Positions 52,166 through 64,000 of a DNA stretch of 64,000 bases are shown here, in pieces. A program made the position numbers and the translations under genes. Source of the stretch: Lama glama (lineage: Eukaryota). The notes under the pieces are model-generated. The model had not been told where the DNA came from. It made no database searches and saw only the letters and a list, made by a program, of their open reading frames with translations. How positions within the stretch are numbered: position 1 is the stretch's first letter; every line of letters begins with the position of its first letter. The DNA lies in the NCBI GenBank assembly GCA_028534125.1, contig CM052817.1:99512001-99576000 (forward strand). Direction: 5' to 3'.

Positions 52166-54287
52166 CAAAGTCAGAGGCCTACCTCACACCAAACTCAAAC
52201 GTGAACCTCCAGATGGACCAAGATCCTGACAAGGTAGAAGAGGTGGGACAGTAACCTGTGCCTCCCAGTTAGTGTCCCCTCTCTGCCTTCAGGGCATGGA
52301 TGTCCCTGGAAAGGCTGCTCTTCACCTTGGCCCGGCAGATGAAGGAAGGACGGGAGGCACAGGTAAACAGGGTTGGCAGGTACCACTCAGACCACACTGT
52401 TAGGGTGGGTATCTGGTAGGAAAATCTAACATATTTTAAAGCTCTTTCTACTGTGATTATAATGGCTAATACAAATTTGTAATAGGAATAGCTAATATCC
52501 ACTGTTCACCCACTGTGCCCTACTCATGTGTTCAACACCGTATATGCATTAATTAGCTCATTTAATTTTTTAAGCATCTTTGAGATGTGAGCCACATGCC
52601 CTAAATTTGCCCATTTATAGCATACACACTTTTAGTGTGTTCACAGAGTTGTGCGACCATCACCAGAACCTAACTTCAGAACATTTTTGTCACTCCCTGG
52701 AGAAGCCTCCCAGGCATTCGCAGTCACTCCCCACTCCCCCCTCTCCCCTACCAGCTCAAGGCAACCACTAATCTCCTGTCTGGATTTACGTTTTCTGGAC
52801 TTCTATATATATGGAATCATAACGATAAATCAATTCTATAAACGACTCTGTGAGGAATTATCATACCCATTTCACACATTTATAAAATGAAGATTACAGA
52901 GGTTAAATAATGGCCTCAGGAGGTGGGAGGGGACCGGAAACCTGAGTGTGTGCTGGAACCCATGCAGGGCTAGACAGTGTCCCACCTCCTCCAGGGCTCA
53001 TGGCTCTGTCTCAATTGACAATGTCCAGTACCTTCTGTTTACTCAGAAAGGGGAAAGAATAACACGTCTTTAGAAACATTTACCTTAAAACTAGACTTTC
53101 ACATAGCTAAGTTTTATTTCTCCATACAATGCAATGTGAGCTGTGACCTGGAGCCCAGGAGAGGCTGCAGGGCAGGGTCCCCAGTAGCTGGCCATCTGAG
53201 GCCACTCTCTGCAAGGTATGGCACAGGAACGAGGAAGGTAATGTTTCAAGCGGACAAAGCTGTGGGCTTCTATGAAAGAAAAACTTGCAATTTTTTCACC
53301 TTCTATTTTTCATCAAGGAAGGAAGTGTGTTCTGGGAGAGGAAGGACAGAGGTGACGGATGGATAATGCTGTATCCAAACAAAGAGAAAATGAGCAATCG
53401 GAGAGCTTCCCTGTGGGCCTGGAGTCAGAATTTTCAGAGTCCCAGCCGTGACTACCTTCACACACACAACTTCTCTGCCCTCCAAATTTTTAGTTTCTCA
53501 GCAAACCTCAAATGATAAACGGCCTGCTAAGAAGAAAGAATTGGACTAGATTATGAAAACTAGGATGAATGACAAACCAAATAGTTTACTCAGTTTAAAT
53601 GACTGATGAGTCTCATTTTTCACGTTTTCTACATTATATAACATATAGTGAAAATTTAACCAGATACTTTAAGAAGCTCTTTTAAAAATATACCTCTATA
53701 AATTGTCCAATGGCACCTTTCTTGATGGACAAATGACCTTCAATAATCATTGTATTCTCCCAGGCTCCGCAAATTTGCTAGGCCTAAATTGTGACTTCAT
53801 GTTGTTGGAACATTTCATTTCATTATTTTATGAGCTATGATCAGAGAAACGAGGTTTATACTAAGCTTAAATCTTAAAGGTTTTTTTTTTTTTAAAGTCA
53901 GACAGCATTTATAGGGCCCCTTTAAAATAATTATCCATTCTGCTAGAAAACTAATCTTTGGTGCTTTGGTAAACATGTTTACATTATTTCAAAAATAAAT
54001 AGCTCTTGCAGTTGAAAATTAATGACCGAGTGTTCTGGTTGCTACAAGTCAGCACGACAGGATGAAGGCAGAGCACACGGCAGTCACTCTGCATCACGGT
54101 GATTAGTATGGCTGTGGCAAATCTCTTAGAAGTAATTCATTCTTAAAATGGAATAAAACGCTACCGTAATTCTTACTCTGGTTAAAATAAACGTGCTAAT
54201 AAAAACCCGAGGATGAGATATAATTAATAGTTCTATGAAATGTGCTGCCATGTGTGATAGGAGGGCAGTACAATATTAATTCCTCAC

Positions 54288-54428
54288 GTTTGGTCTGCTT
54301 CTAAGATGTTCATCAAGTGGGGTGATAATCTTCATCTGAGACAGGTGAACTCTGCCAGTGTCTTCTCCCTTTTGGCATTCCAAGTAATTATTTTCCGCCT
54401 GCTTCAGTATCACAAGTACGTCCCCACG
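54288..54428 (-). CDS. SH3D19: SH3D19 exon (SH3 #1, C-terminal part)
   Basis: RGDVLVILKQAENNYLECQKGEDTGRVHLSQMKIITPLDEHLRSRPN; phase 0-0. Confidence 0.95.
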
Positions 54429-54593
54429 CTGCAAGGTACAATATCACTCTCTGAAGCAATTATTATTTAATAAAACATTATTACTTTTTCCCCATTTTAA
54501 TCTTTGGAGCCTAAAGCATTTAATAATGTGTAAAACAGTAACAGAGGCCAGTGATTTTTTACATTAGTCAATAAAGAAAGAACTGTACTTTAC

Positions 54594-54662
54594 CTTACAA
54601 GAAAGTTCTCCGGGGTTTTGCGGGACAATGTCTTCCTTGGCAATTCCATGAGGCACAGACAG
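54594..54662 (-). CDS. SH3D19: SH3D19 exon (start of SH3 #1), 69 nt symmetric
   Basis: LSVPHGIAKEDIVPQNPGELSCK; AAG acceptor, GTAAAG donor. Confidence 0.93.
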
Positions 54663-56364
54663 CTTAAACATAAACCAGTGAAAGAGTTATTCACAATCAA
54701 ATCACCTCCTCCTAAGTGGCTGATCATCTGGGGATCTGTAACTTCTCCAGCACTGATGCTCTTCATTTGGCTTCTCCGAGCTCCGGACCCAGCGGGGCCT
54801 GCCATTTCTCACGCAGAGTCCTGGGGTGCAGACTTGGCCCACAGGCTCACAGCGGCTGAACGCGGCCTCAAGTGCCCTTTAACAACCACAACCAGGAAGT
54901 TCTATTCCATAGGACAAGGTCCACCGAGGCAAATACTCAGCGCCCGACCTCACAGCCTTTAATTCAGGATTGGCTGATAGGGGACTGATGGCTTCTCTGA
55001 AGTGCTCGACTAGCTGCTTCCATTTGCCTTGACTCTCACCTGGATTCTCTGACACAAGCGGCTACTTAAACCCATTCCACTGCCTGATCGCAGTCACTTT
55101 CCGGTCCACTCAGCCCTGGCTGATCTTAGAATGGCTTTTACATTGTACTGCACTGCGTTCCCTGCCTCGGTAACTGCTGGCTGATAAATGCAGGTCAGAG
55201 GGCCTGAACAATATGAAAGACATACCCAGGAGATGCGGTCACACAAGCTCACTGCAACGAGGAAAGGGAGGCTGCCTGGGCCCTTCGGTCACTCAGGAGC
55301 AAAGATGCAGAGTGTGAGGGTGCCGCTGCCTCTCTGCATCTCTGTCAGAGTACCAGGGCGCCTAATGAATCCAGATTCCTGTTAGCAATGGAATGGTACG
55401 GTTGCCACAGGAAAAATGAGAGATTTAAGGAATTGTTTTGTAAAGAGACACATTAATATTTTGAATTTATTAATTTCTTTGAGTTATTCAAATGCTTTAT
55501 TGACATTATACAGCTATTCTAAGACTTATAAGCAAAACCCAATTACCCTGAGTGGGGCTTTTAATATGGAGTAGCCAAAGCAATTGGCTATTACAGACTT
55601 TGTAATTAGTGACACTATTTTCAAAGTATGGCTTAATGGTTAAGAGCATTGGTTCAGAGACAGTTAATCTATGTTCAAATCTTGGCTCCGTCACTACTGG
55701 CTTTGTGACCCTGGACAGGTTACTCAACCTCTCTGAGTCCTATTTTCTTCATTTATATAGTAGAGATAATAATAATACCTGGTGTGAGGAATAAAGAGTT
55801 ACTTAATACATATAAAGTGCTTCAAACAATGCCTGGCTAATAAGTACTCAACATATCAGCTACTGCTTTTATTTATTTGTAATTTTTAAGTAACTTATCC
55901 CTAAGAACACCCCTGGGTTTTAGCAATTAAAATTTCATCAGTTTAAATGGAAATGAATATATCTGAATATATTACCTCATTCTTATCTGCCTATACCCTT
56001 CGCTTAGGAAGAGTAAAAAAAAATTCTAAAGAGCTTAAAATGAAAACAATTTCCAGCTCAATGATGGACATGTAGAACAATATGAAATCACTCATTGCTG
56101 TTCCTGTTAACTGTTGTACTGTTGTACAAGTGTTTAAAAAGTGCATACACTCCTGCTCTCATTGTTTTTGTTCTAGAATTCATCAGGTTAACCTGACCAG
56201 AGCAGAGAGAGCGCATCAACTCTGTTTTCAAGTGCAGGAAACAAAGACAAAGGCTTAAGGACATACGATGAGAAAAATGTTCAAAGAGAACAAAATTAAT
56301 ATCTCAGCTATCTCAGTTACTGAAGAAAACTTCTAACTTGTAACTTTTTTTCCCCACCTTTTTA

Positions 56365-57050
56365 AAAACTTGAAGTATAGCTGATGTAAAATGTCATGTT
56401 AGTTTCAGGTGTACAGCAAAATGATTCAGTTATACATATATATATTCATTTTCAGATTCTTTTCCATTATAGGTTATTACAAGATATTGAGTATAGTTCC
56501 CTGAGCTATACAGTAGGTCCTTGCTGTTTACTTTATATTATAGTAGTGTGTATATGTTACTCCTAAACTCTTAATTCATCCCTCCATCCCCCTGTCCCCT
56601 TTGGTAATAAGTTTGTTTTCAATATCTGTGAGTCTGTTTCTATCTTGTAAATAAGCTCATTTGTATCATTTTTTTAGATTCCATATATAAGTGATATCAT
56701 ATGATATTTGTCTTTCTCTGTCTGACTTACTTCACTTAATATGATAATCTCTAGGTCCACCCATGTTGCTGCAGATGGCATTATTTCATTCTTTTTTTTA
56801 CAACTGAGTAATATTCTATTATATACATAAACTACATCTCATTTATCCATTCATCTGTTGATGGACATTTAGGTTGCTTCCATGTCTTGGTTACTGAAAA
56901 TAGTGCTCTTATGAACACTGGTGTGCATATATCTTTTTGAATTAGAGTTTTCTCTGGATATATGCCTAAGAGTGCGATTGCTGGATCACATGGTAAGTCT
57001 ATTTTTAGTTTTTTAAGGGACCTCCACACTGTTCTCCATAGTGGCTGCAC
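56365..57050 (-). mobile_element. L1 3' end fragment
   Basis: Minus ORF 56832-57050 ([31 protein letters not shown]) matches the L1 ORF2 C-terminus; 3' UTR follows. Confidence 0.9.
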
Positions 57051-57500
57051 TAACTAGTAACTATTAAAGGGACCACGATAATCGGGTTTACAAAAGTGGA
57101 AAATGAGGGGAAAACTATCGACCTTAATAAGAATTTTCTTTCTACTTTATTTGAAATTTGCTCTGTGGGCAAGGTAGCTATAAGATACAAACTATATCAA
57201 GATGTAAATAATAGTATCTGTCAGAGATACTCCCACGAGTATAATCTACTGGGTTGGGTTTTTCAGAGTTTCTGTTTCTGCAATCTTCATCCTGCCCTGC
57301 TTCTTTTTCCTGTATTTCTCCTAATAAGAAAACCCTGATTTAAAGACCAAGGTTTTATCATGGCCTACTTATCTAAAGCACTCTTAGTGTCAAGGGGCAA
57401 CTCCATATGTGTCTCATCATCTTTTTCTAAGGAATAATAGATCTTATATACAGTTTAGGACAAACTTCATGACCACAAATATTTTTAAAGCTAAATTTAC

Positions 57501-57765
57501 CATGTATTTTCTGTAGAGAGGGTGTCCTGGTTTGGGGCGAGGGGGCAGTACCGGATCTTGATTTTTAAAGACTTGACTCTTGGTTTTCGAGAGTCCAGAT
57601 GCCAAGTTACTTTGTTTTTTCTGAAGATCCATCTCAGAAGAAGACCGATTAAAAGGCAGTTTTTTACTTGATGTCCTGGTTGCAGGAAGTTTTGGGGGAG
57701 GTGGTCTCTCAGGGGCCGCCTTGGGAGGAGGCTGTCGAGCTGGTATGACTTTTCCACCTGCGGGT
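57501..57765 (-). CDS. SH3D19: SH3D19 proline-rich exon
   Basis: PAGGKVIPARQPPPKAAPERPPPPKL...DPVLPPRPKPGHPLYRKYM; phase 2-0. Confidence 0.96.
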
Positions 57766-58832
57766 CTGAAAGTCAATGTGGTAGCTGTGAGTCAGTGTTT
57801 AAGTGACAGAAGGTTCTGTTTTGTCCTGTTTGTCCATACACACATGAGCATATGCAAACACATAGAGCTTTTTGCTAGCGTAATATAATTTTCTGAAACA
57901 TGCAGGCTATGCTATTTTTGAGTAAGTGACTGCTGCATTAAACACTGTATTATTAGAAGAAATGCCACGATGTTCCAGCTTCCGCTTATCTTGCACTAGA
58001 GATTCATTAGTTCAAGACAAACAAGCATTTACTATCATGAGCTCTCTAAGGCTCCATCTGCTCTTAAACACACCGTGGCTTTCAGGAAACTAAGCACTTT
58101 CTACCAAAGTCTGAGATGAAAAGCTTATAATAAGACATCAGCTATTTGTGATGTGGTCTTATATACACGATTAGAAAAGGAACATCAAACTCCCCTAATA
58201 TTCATCGTATAAGAATCGTCATTAAAACTCTAATTGAGCTTAATATAAAGCTAGTTCTGCAAATGAGATAGAACAATTATTACTTTCGAAGCTTTTCCTT
58301 TAATCCTAAAGATAAAAATAATTTCCAACACAGGTAACATCTTCTGATAACATCACAGTTTTTTTGTCCAAACAGCCCTGGAATTCAAGAGGGCTGGTCA
58401 CTTCTGAGCTCATGAAGCCTGTCTCCCTTTGGAAATAAATGCTACACAACAGGCTGGTTTCTGATAACAGGGGAAGAGAGAGAGCAAGAGTGTGTGTGTG
58501 TGTGTGTGTTTCAGAAGTGGAGTTGTTTTAGGTTAGGAAAAGAATCTTGTTAATTTGTTTGAGAAAAAGTAACAGAGATCTATGTTTGTTCTCTGTGATT
58601 TTGGGGGGTTGGGCTTTTTTAAAAGAAAAAAAGGAGCAGAGATTTGTATAACCTGTTGTCAGAAGCTGACTGTAGGCTTAGTGTCCTGGGTGAATTTGTG
58701 AGTTTAGTGTATCTCTAAAAGAAAGTCCAAGGCCAGCAGCACTCAGTTTTGGTGACAGAAAAGACAGACTAGTCTCAGAGTCATTAGTTCTTCTCTAACT
58801 GACTTTTTGTAAGTTTTCCCACACTTACTTAC

Positions 58833-58894
58833 CTCGGTGGCAACCTTGGGGGTCCTCGCACAGAACCTCCTAATTGACCAGCATGGTCAGATTC
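58833..58894 (-). CDS. SH3D19: SH3D19 exon
   Basis: ESDHAGQLGGSVRGPPRLPP(R); CAG acceptor, GTAAGT donor; phase 0-2. Confidence 0.93.
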
Positions 58895-61800
58895 CTGCAA
58901 GTATGAGAGAATGCTTTTAAGTTAAGGTTAATCTGAAACAAGAGCTTGTCAAGAGGAATTATGGACAACTTTTTGGCTGGATCTCTAAGTGGAAATGTAG
59001 CTGAGTCACAGAAAGGAGCTTAAAAGAGTTTTTTATTCTTAAGCAATATTAACTCTCTACACTGTCCCTGTCATAATGCAAGTGAAGCCAGCGAGGAGGA
59101 GGCCGGGGGTCTGCTGCTATAGCCACGGCCCAACCAACTGCTCTGCGTGGTTACATGTCCAGCATATTCTGACGAATCAAGGACGATGTTTAAATCATGA
59201 CAGGTCACACAGCAGCAATTTAAGCAGGCACTGGAGGGAATTTAAAAAATATGTCATTTATTTGTCCCATGACAACACTTAACGATATGCAGCGCTCCTA
59301 AGTTTAAATATATAGCAAGTGAGTTGGTGATGAGTGTTCTGCTTAGAAGTGGCAGATCTCTCAGACTGGAGGGTTGACACATTGTGTGGTGGGTTCTGCA
59401 CTGGAAGGAGGTGGGAACGTAACAGAAGCTTCAGGGTGGCCTGAAAGGAAGGTCTGTGAGGAGGAAGAGAACAGGCCTGAAAAAGCAGAGGGCTTGTTCT
59501 GCTGCAGTGAAGGGGTTGGATGTGGGAAAGAGTAAAGGGGGACAGCGTGAAAAACAAACGATAGGCAGGGCTGGAATGTTCTGGTCTGAAAGTAGATGAG
59601 GGAAGGTGGAAGTGTGGACAGCAACAGGGAGGTCTGTCTAGGAGAAGAGATTCAAACCTAAAGAGGTTTTCTGAACGTGTTAACAGCCCAAGGATTGGGA
59701 AATGAGTATAATATGTGGAAATATTTTCAGATCTTCTGTTGATCGAGAAGTTAAAGGATCTTAAAGCCAAAACTTCTGTTTTTTTTAGGGGAAAGCCCTC
59801 ACTAAATTCTAATTCTGACTGAGTCTGTTTTTCACCTTCCCTACTTTCTAAGCCCCCAACACTGACATCCAGGAAATAGTATTTCTCCAAGACCACCTGA
59901 GGGAGAAAAATGCTAGCTCTTTAAAATTACACTGCCTTTTTTTTTTTTTTTAATAAAGGAGGTTTAACTATAGCTTGGGAATCTCTGGGCTAATTCAGGC
60001 TGTTTTCCTCCTTCTCATAAATGAGTTAAAACTCACTTTTATGGTTTTCAATTTGTAGTGAATATTCACAACTTTTCCTTAAATACCAAATGATTAATTG
60101 CTAATAACTGTGATCATTTAAATAAGTTTCAGTGTCTTATAATCCCATTTGAAAAAACAAATTAAACTTGCCCTTAAAACCTGGTTTCACTAATGAGTTC
60201 AGTTAATGTAGTGAAGCAAGTCACCAGCTCATAAACCCTGCAATATTCCGGACTATCCTCCATGCCTTATAAATACACTGCTGCCTACATCCCCCCTGAC
60301 AAATACGGCTATGATACTCGAAAAACTCATTTATTTCCTTGGCCATCTTTAAAATGAAAACAAACAAACAAAGAGAAAAGCACTCTAGCAGATAGGCAGG
60401 AAATTTCATTGCTTTTCTCAAAATTACAGTTGGTACATACGTTAACAGTTAAGGGCAAATTTAAAAAAATACAGATGTATAAATTTGACATGGAAAGTTA
60501 AAGATGGTGTACTTGTATAAAGACACACCACATAATCCTAATCTTGTGCCAAATATCAGCTATAGTTTTCTCTGGGTGGTTTTATTTTTATAGGAAATCT
60601 TAAATATCTTTTTAATTTCTCATTTGTTTGTAATGAACAAAATAAATCAGAAAACAAAGGCAGTATACTCAAATCCCCCAGGAATGTTAGGCACATTCTG
60701 AAGAGCACTGCTGCATCAGACACACTTCAAATACTGAGGACAGGGGACTGGTTCCTGCAGAAGCCACGGTCTCAGTGTTTGCTCAAGCCCAGGTCTGTGC
60801 ATGGGTCCTGCCAACAGTCTTTTGGGAGATTATGGATTAGGGATTTCCTGCTCTTCAACATTCCACACATGAATGAAGCTCCTCTGTATCTGCTTTTTGT
60901 AGTTTTTCTCTAGCTGTGACATCCCTGAACTTTGGCTTTTGATATGTTTGGATAAGCATTGTAGGTCCTGGTGAAGTTGGTTTTTCTGCTTGTATTTCCC
61001 TGCAGGTGCCATCATTTTGTTCATCTTCTTTGAAACAGTTTGTTACAGTCTAATTTCAAAATAATTCTCCAGGTTTTTTTTTTTTTTTGCTGTATTTTCA
61101 AATGACAGATATTTCTTCCAAGACCACATTCTTGTCTGTTGGAATCACTAAGCACCTCTGCAGATGTTTCTTCTCTTCTTTCTCTAGGAATTGGCACCCC
61201 TTCTCATGTCCTGGATTCAGCAGCTCCCGTCCTACGGCTTTGTTTCCTTACACCTCCTGGGCTGCGTCTCCTGGCTCCACTCCTGCCTTCCTTGGGGGAG
61301 GCTTTGGGAGCCCTGCGTTTCCACAGTGGGCAGCAGGGCACTCAGAAGTGTCTGCTCCTGCTGACAGAATGGCTCCAGTGGCTCCCAACATTCCTCACCC
61401 TGGAGATCCTCGCCATTTAATCGAAGAACATGAGATTTTGCAACTACTTGTCCTGTGATGGAAAGTTCCTTGGCACTCAAGGCTGGAGACACAGAAGAAG
61501 GCTTTGTCCTATGCCTCATCAGGAGACACGATTGTCAAAGACCATGATTGTTCTCACGGGTCATTATACTTGTGAAATATTCTTTCTGGAGACCCTCTCC
61601 CACACCTAAAGCCTTTGTCGCCTCTGGTCTAAAATCCATTCCGTAATTGTAACTCTCAAAACAAAAGGAATTTCTCAGGCGTAGATTTGACTTTTTGGCC
61701 CTGGAAATCTATGTGCGTGACTTCGGCCAAATCATTTACTTTGTGATCTGTTTCTCATCTCTTCTTCTTTCAGACCCAGTGTGTCTATTATGGTATGTAT

Positions 61801-63036
61801 TTATTAGAGGACATCACAGAGTGCTTTGACCACCCTCCCTTTGTAAACAGTGCAGGACAGGATTTTCCTTGTGTTGTTCATGTGAGGTACAAACAGTTAT
61901 GAATATAGTACCTCTCCAGATGGTTTAGTTTATTCTAACTTCCTTTTCTTGGTTTTTTTTTTAAATGTTGGAGTTGCTTTGTGGACTGCTTAACACCAAA
62001 TGTAATAATATTTTAACAGAGCTTTATGGTTTACAAAGGCCATTACGTGAGTAAATGATGGTATATGTGTCCACGCATCATCCTCTCATTGTCTTTTACA
62101 GAGTAGAAGCCAATAACCTCCTCAAGTAACTTTTCCTCCATGGAAATTTGGGGGTTTTCCCATTCAATGATAGCATGGTAGGAGCCCTATCATCCTCTTT
62201 TGGGTTTTCTTGGCCCAGTTTCAATAAAAATTTATTACCAAGCACTTTGAAATGCAAGTGATCACTAAATTTTAATTCAGCCTACAGGAAAATCTCATTA
62301 ACTTGATATTGGCTAATTCAATTTAATGTCTCCTTCAAAGAAATTTCTCTTGACTAGATGATTAGATGGGTTTGCATGTATAATAAGCATAGTTAATGCA
62401 CAATGTAAAACCATTATGAAATTTGAACTGGAAATTTGGCTCAGAGACTTTAAAAACTGGTTTCTTTTGAAACAAACATTAAAGATAATCATATGGGAAT
62501 TTCAGAAAGTATGGGGAAATAATATCGAGGTTGAAATTTCTTTTTTAAAGTATATATATTTAAAATTTTTTGACTACTGTCTGTTGACAAGTACATGATA
62601 AAGAACTATTTTTTTAAATTTAGAAAGTAATTCTCCCTTAAATTTCAGACGAACAGATTCTTATGATAATCTCTTAAAATTATGTCACTAATTGGGTATT
62701 TTAAATACTGATAATTGAACTAACTCTATTTCCACAAAAATTAAAGATTTTTGGAGATTTTCAATAACTTCCTCATTATTAGTGGCATTTAAAAGATAAT
62801 GCCTTATACTGATATAGGAAAAACAGTTTTATAATGAAATACAATAAATTAGCTTGGTTCTTTTATTCTATGGGGATTTTTAAAATATTGGGTAAGTACA
62901 TGGGGCTTAGCAATTGGTTTATAATAAAGTTTTTTTTAATCTGACCTATGGTAAAAAAATTTAGACATCAGCTAAATATCTGAAATTAGTGAGTAGTTTA
63001 GTCTTCAACCTAAAATAATCTATAATGACCACTTAC

Positions 63037-63152
63037 CAAGTTTCTGGTTCTGTCAACATTACCGAGTTTTCCAGACACTGTGCTGTAAGTGTTTCCAACA
63101 GGCTTTTCAGTAGGGAGAGGAGGTGGGCTTTGTGGATCCTCCTCATGTAAAC
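63037..63152 (-). CDS. SH3D19: SH3D19 exon (most 5' exon seen; gene continues beyond the window)
   Basis: LHEEDPQSPPPLPTEKPVGNTYSTVSGKLGNVDRTRNL; TAG acceptor, GTAAGT donor; phase 1-0. Confidence 0.93.
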
Positions 63153-63483
63153 CTAGAAAGACAGCAGTAATTCTTCAGTAATTTCTAGTCTTCAGGAATT
63201 CAAAGCTTGAAATGATTGCAGCGTCATTCCTTAGGAAAACGGCTATTGCAAAAAGATCCATTCAAAGAATGGATAGCTACACAAATGAGAAAGAGCTCCT
63301 GGCAACCCTCGGAAAATTATGGGTTAGTAGGCAATGGTTAACTTTACCAAGTATTTTTTTGAATGTTTTATAGAGAGTAAAAATAATGCTAAATAATTAC
63401 AACAGCATCTAGCATTTGTTGAGAACCTTCTGTGTGTCAGGCATTAAGTTAAGGCACTTCATTCACACACATTTCTCCAACCA

Positions 63484-63720
63484 ACAGCTGTCTAAGTGCT
63501 AGACCTGTTCAGCCTACAAGCTAGCAGCCACATGTGGCAATTTAAACTTAAATCTTAATTAATTAAAATTAAATAAACTTCAAGTTTCAGTTCCTCAGTT
63601 GCACTAGCCACATTCCAAGCCCTCAGTAGCTACATGTGGCTAGTGGCTACCATACTGGACAGCACAGATATAAAACATTTGCGTCTCAGCAGAAAGTCCT
63701 ATTGGGACAGCATTATGCTG
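63484..63720. mobile_element. MER3/MER33-like hAT DNA transposon relic inside a MIR
   Basis: gcagccacatgtggc...ttcagttcctcagttgcactagccacatt...gtggctagtggctaccatactggacagc; MIR-like sequence on both sides. Confidence 0.7.
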
Positions 63721-64000
63721 GATATTATTCCTACCCATTTTACAGATGAAGAAACTGAAGGTAAGAAAATAAATGATCTAGCCAAGGTCTTAATGCTAGT
63801 AATGGTCAGATCAGGGGTTTGAACCTAAAAGCCTGTGCTCATGGTAATAAGGCACGCTGCTTCCTAACAGGTGGTGTTTCCAACCCCCTCCCATCCCAAT
63901 AATTACATGTATTTTCTTATTCATTAGCTTCAGATTAATAGGCTTAACTGCTCCCGTTTTAACAAACAATATCTTTACATCCAAACTACATCCTTAACTG

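Noticed and set aside
59279..59896. 205-aa minus-strand ORF, the longest in the track
   Set aside because: GTG start, low-complexity pyrimidine-rich composition, no recognisable domain or splice fit with SH3D19; probably chance.

Overview
Mammalian genomic DNA, very probably camelid, judged from four tRNA-Ala-derived Vic-1-type SINEs. The window holds the complete six-exon RPS3A gene (+ strand, CDS 24133-28103, 264 aa) with its CpG-island/TCT promoter and the intronic C/D snoRNAs SNORD73B and SNORD73A. Convergent with it is the 3' part of SH3D19 (- strand, 13 coding exons from 63152 to the stop at 38530, five SH3 domains). The remainder is largely L1, SINE, LTR, MIR/L2 and DNA-transposon relics. 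The most unexpected signal is in the apparently intergenic 0.3-22.6 kb upstream of RPS3A: an ordered series of + strand, splice-bounded, stop- and frameshift-riddled exon remnants. By eye their translations follow the repeat pattern and C-terminal order of the stereocilin/otoancorin/mesothelin family, suggesting a decayed unitary pseudogene. A second possible fossil coding exon lies in an SH3D19 intron (about 60.8-61.6 kb). All family assignments are by eye and from recalled sequences; no searches were run.
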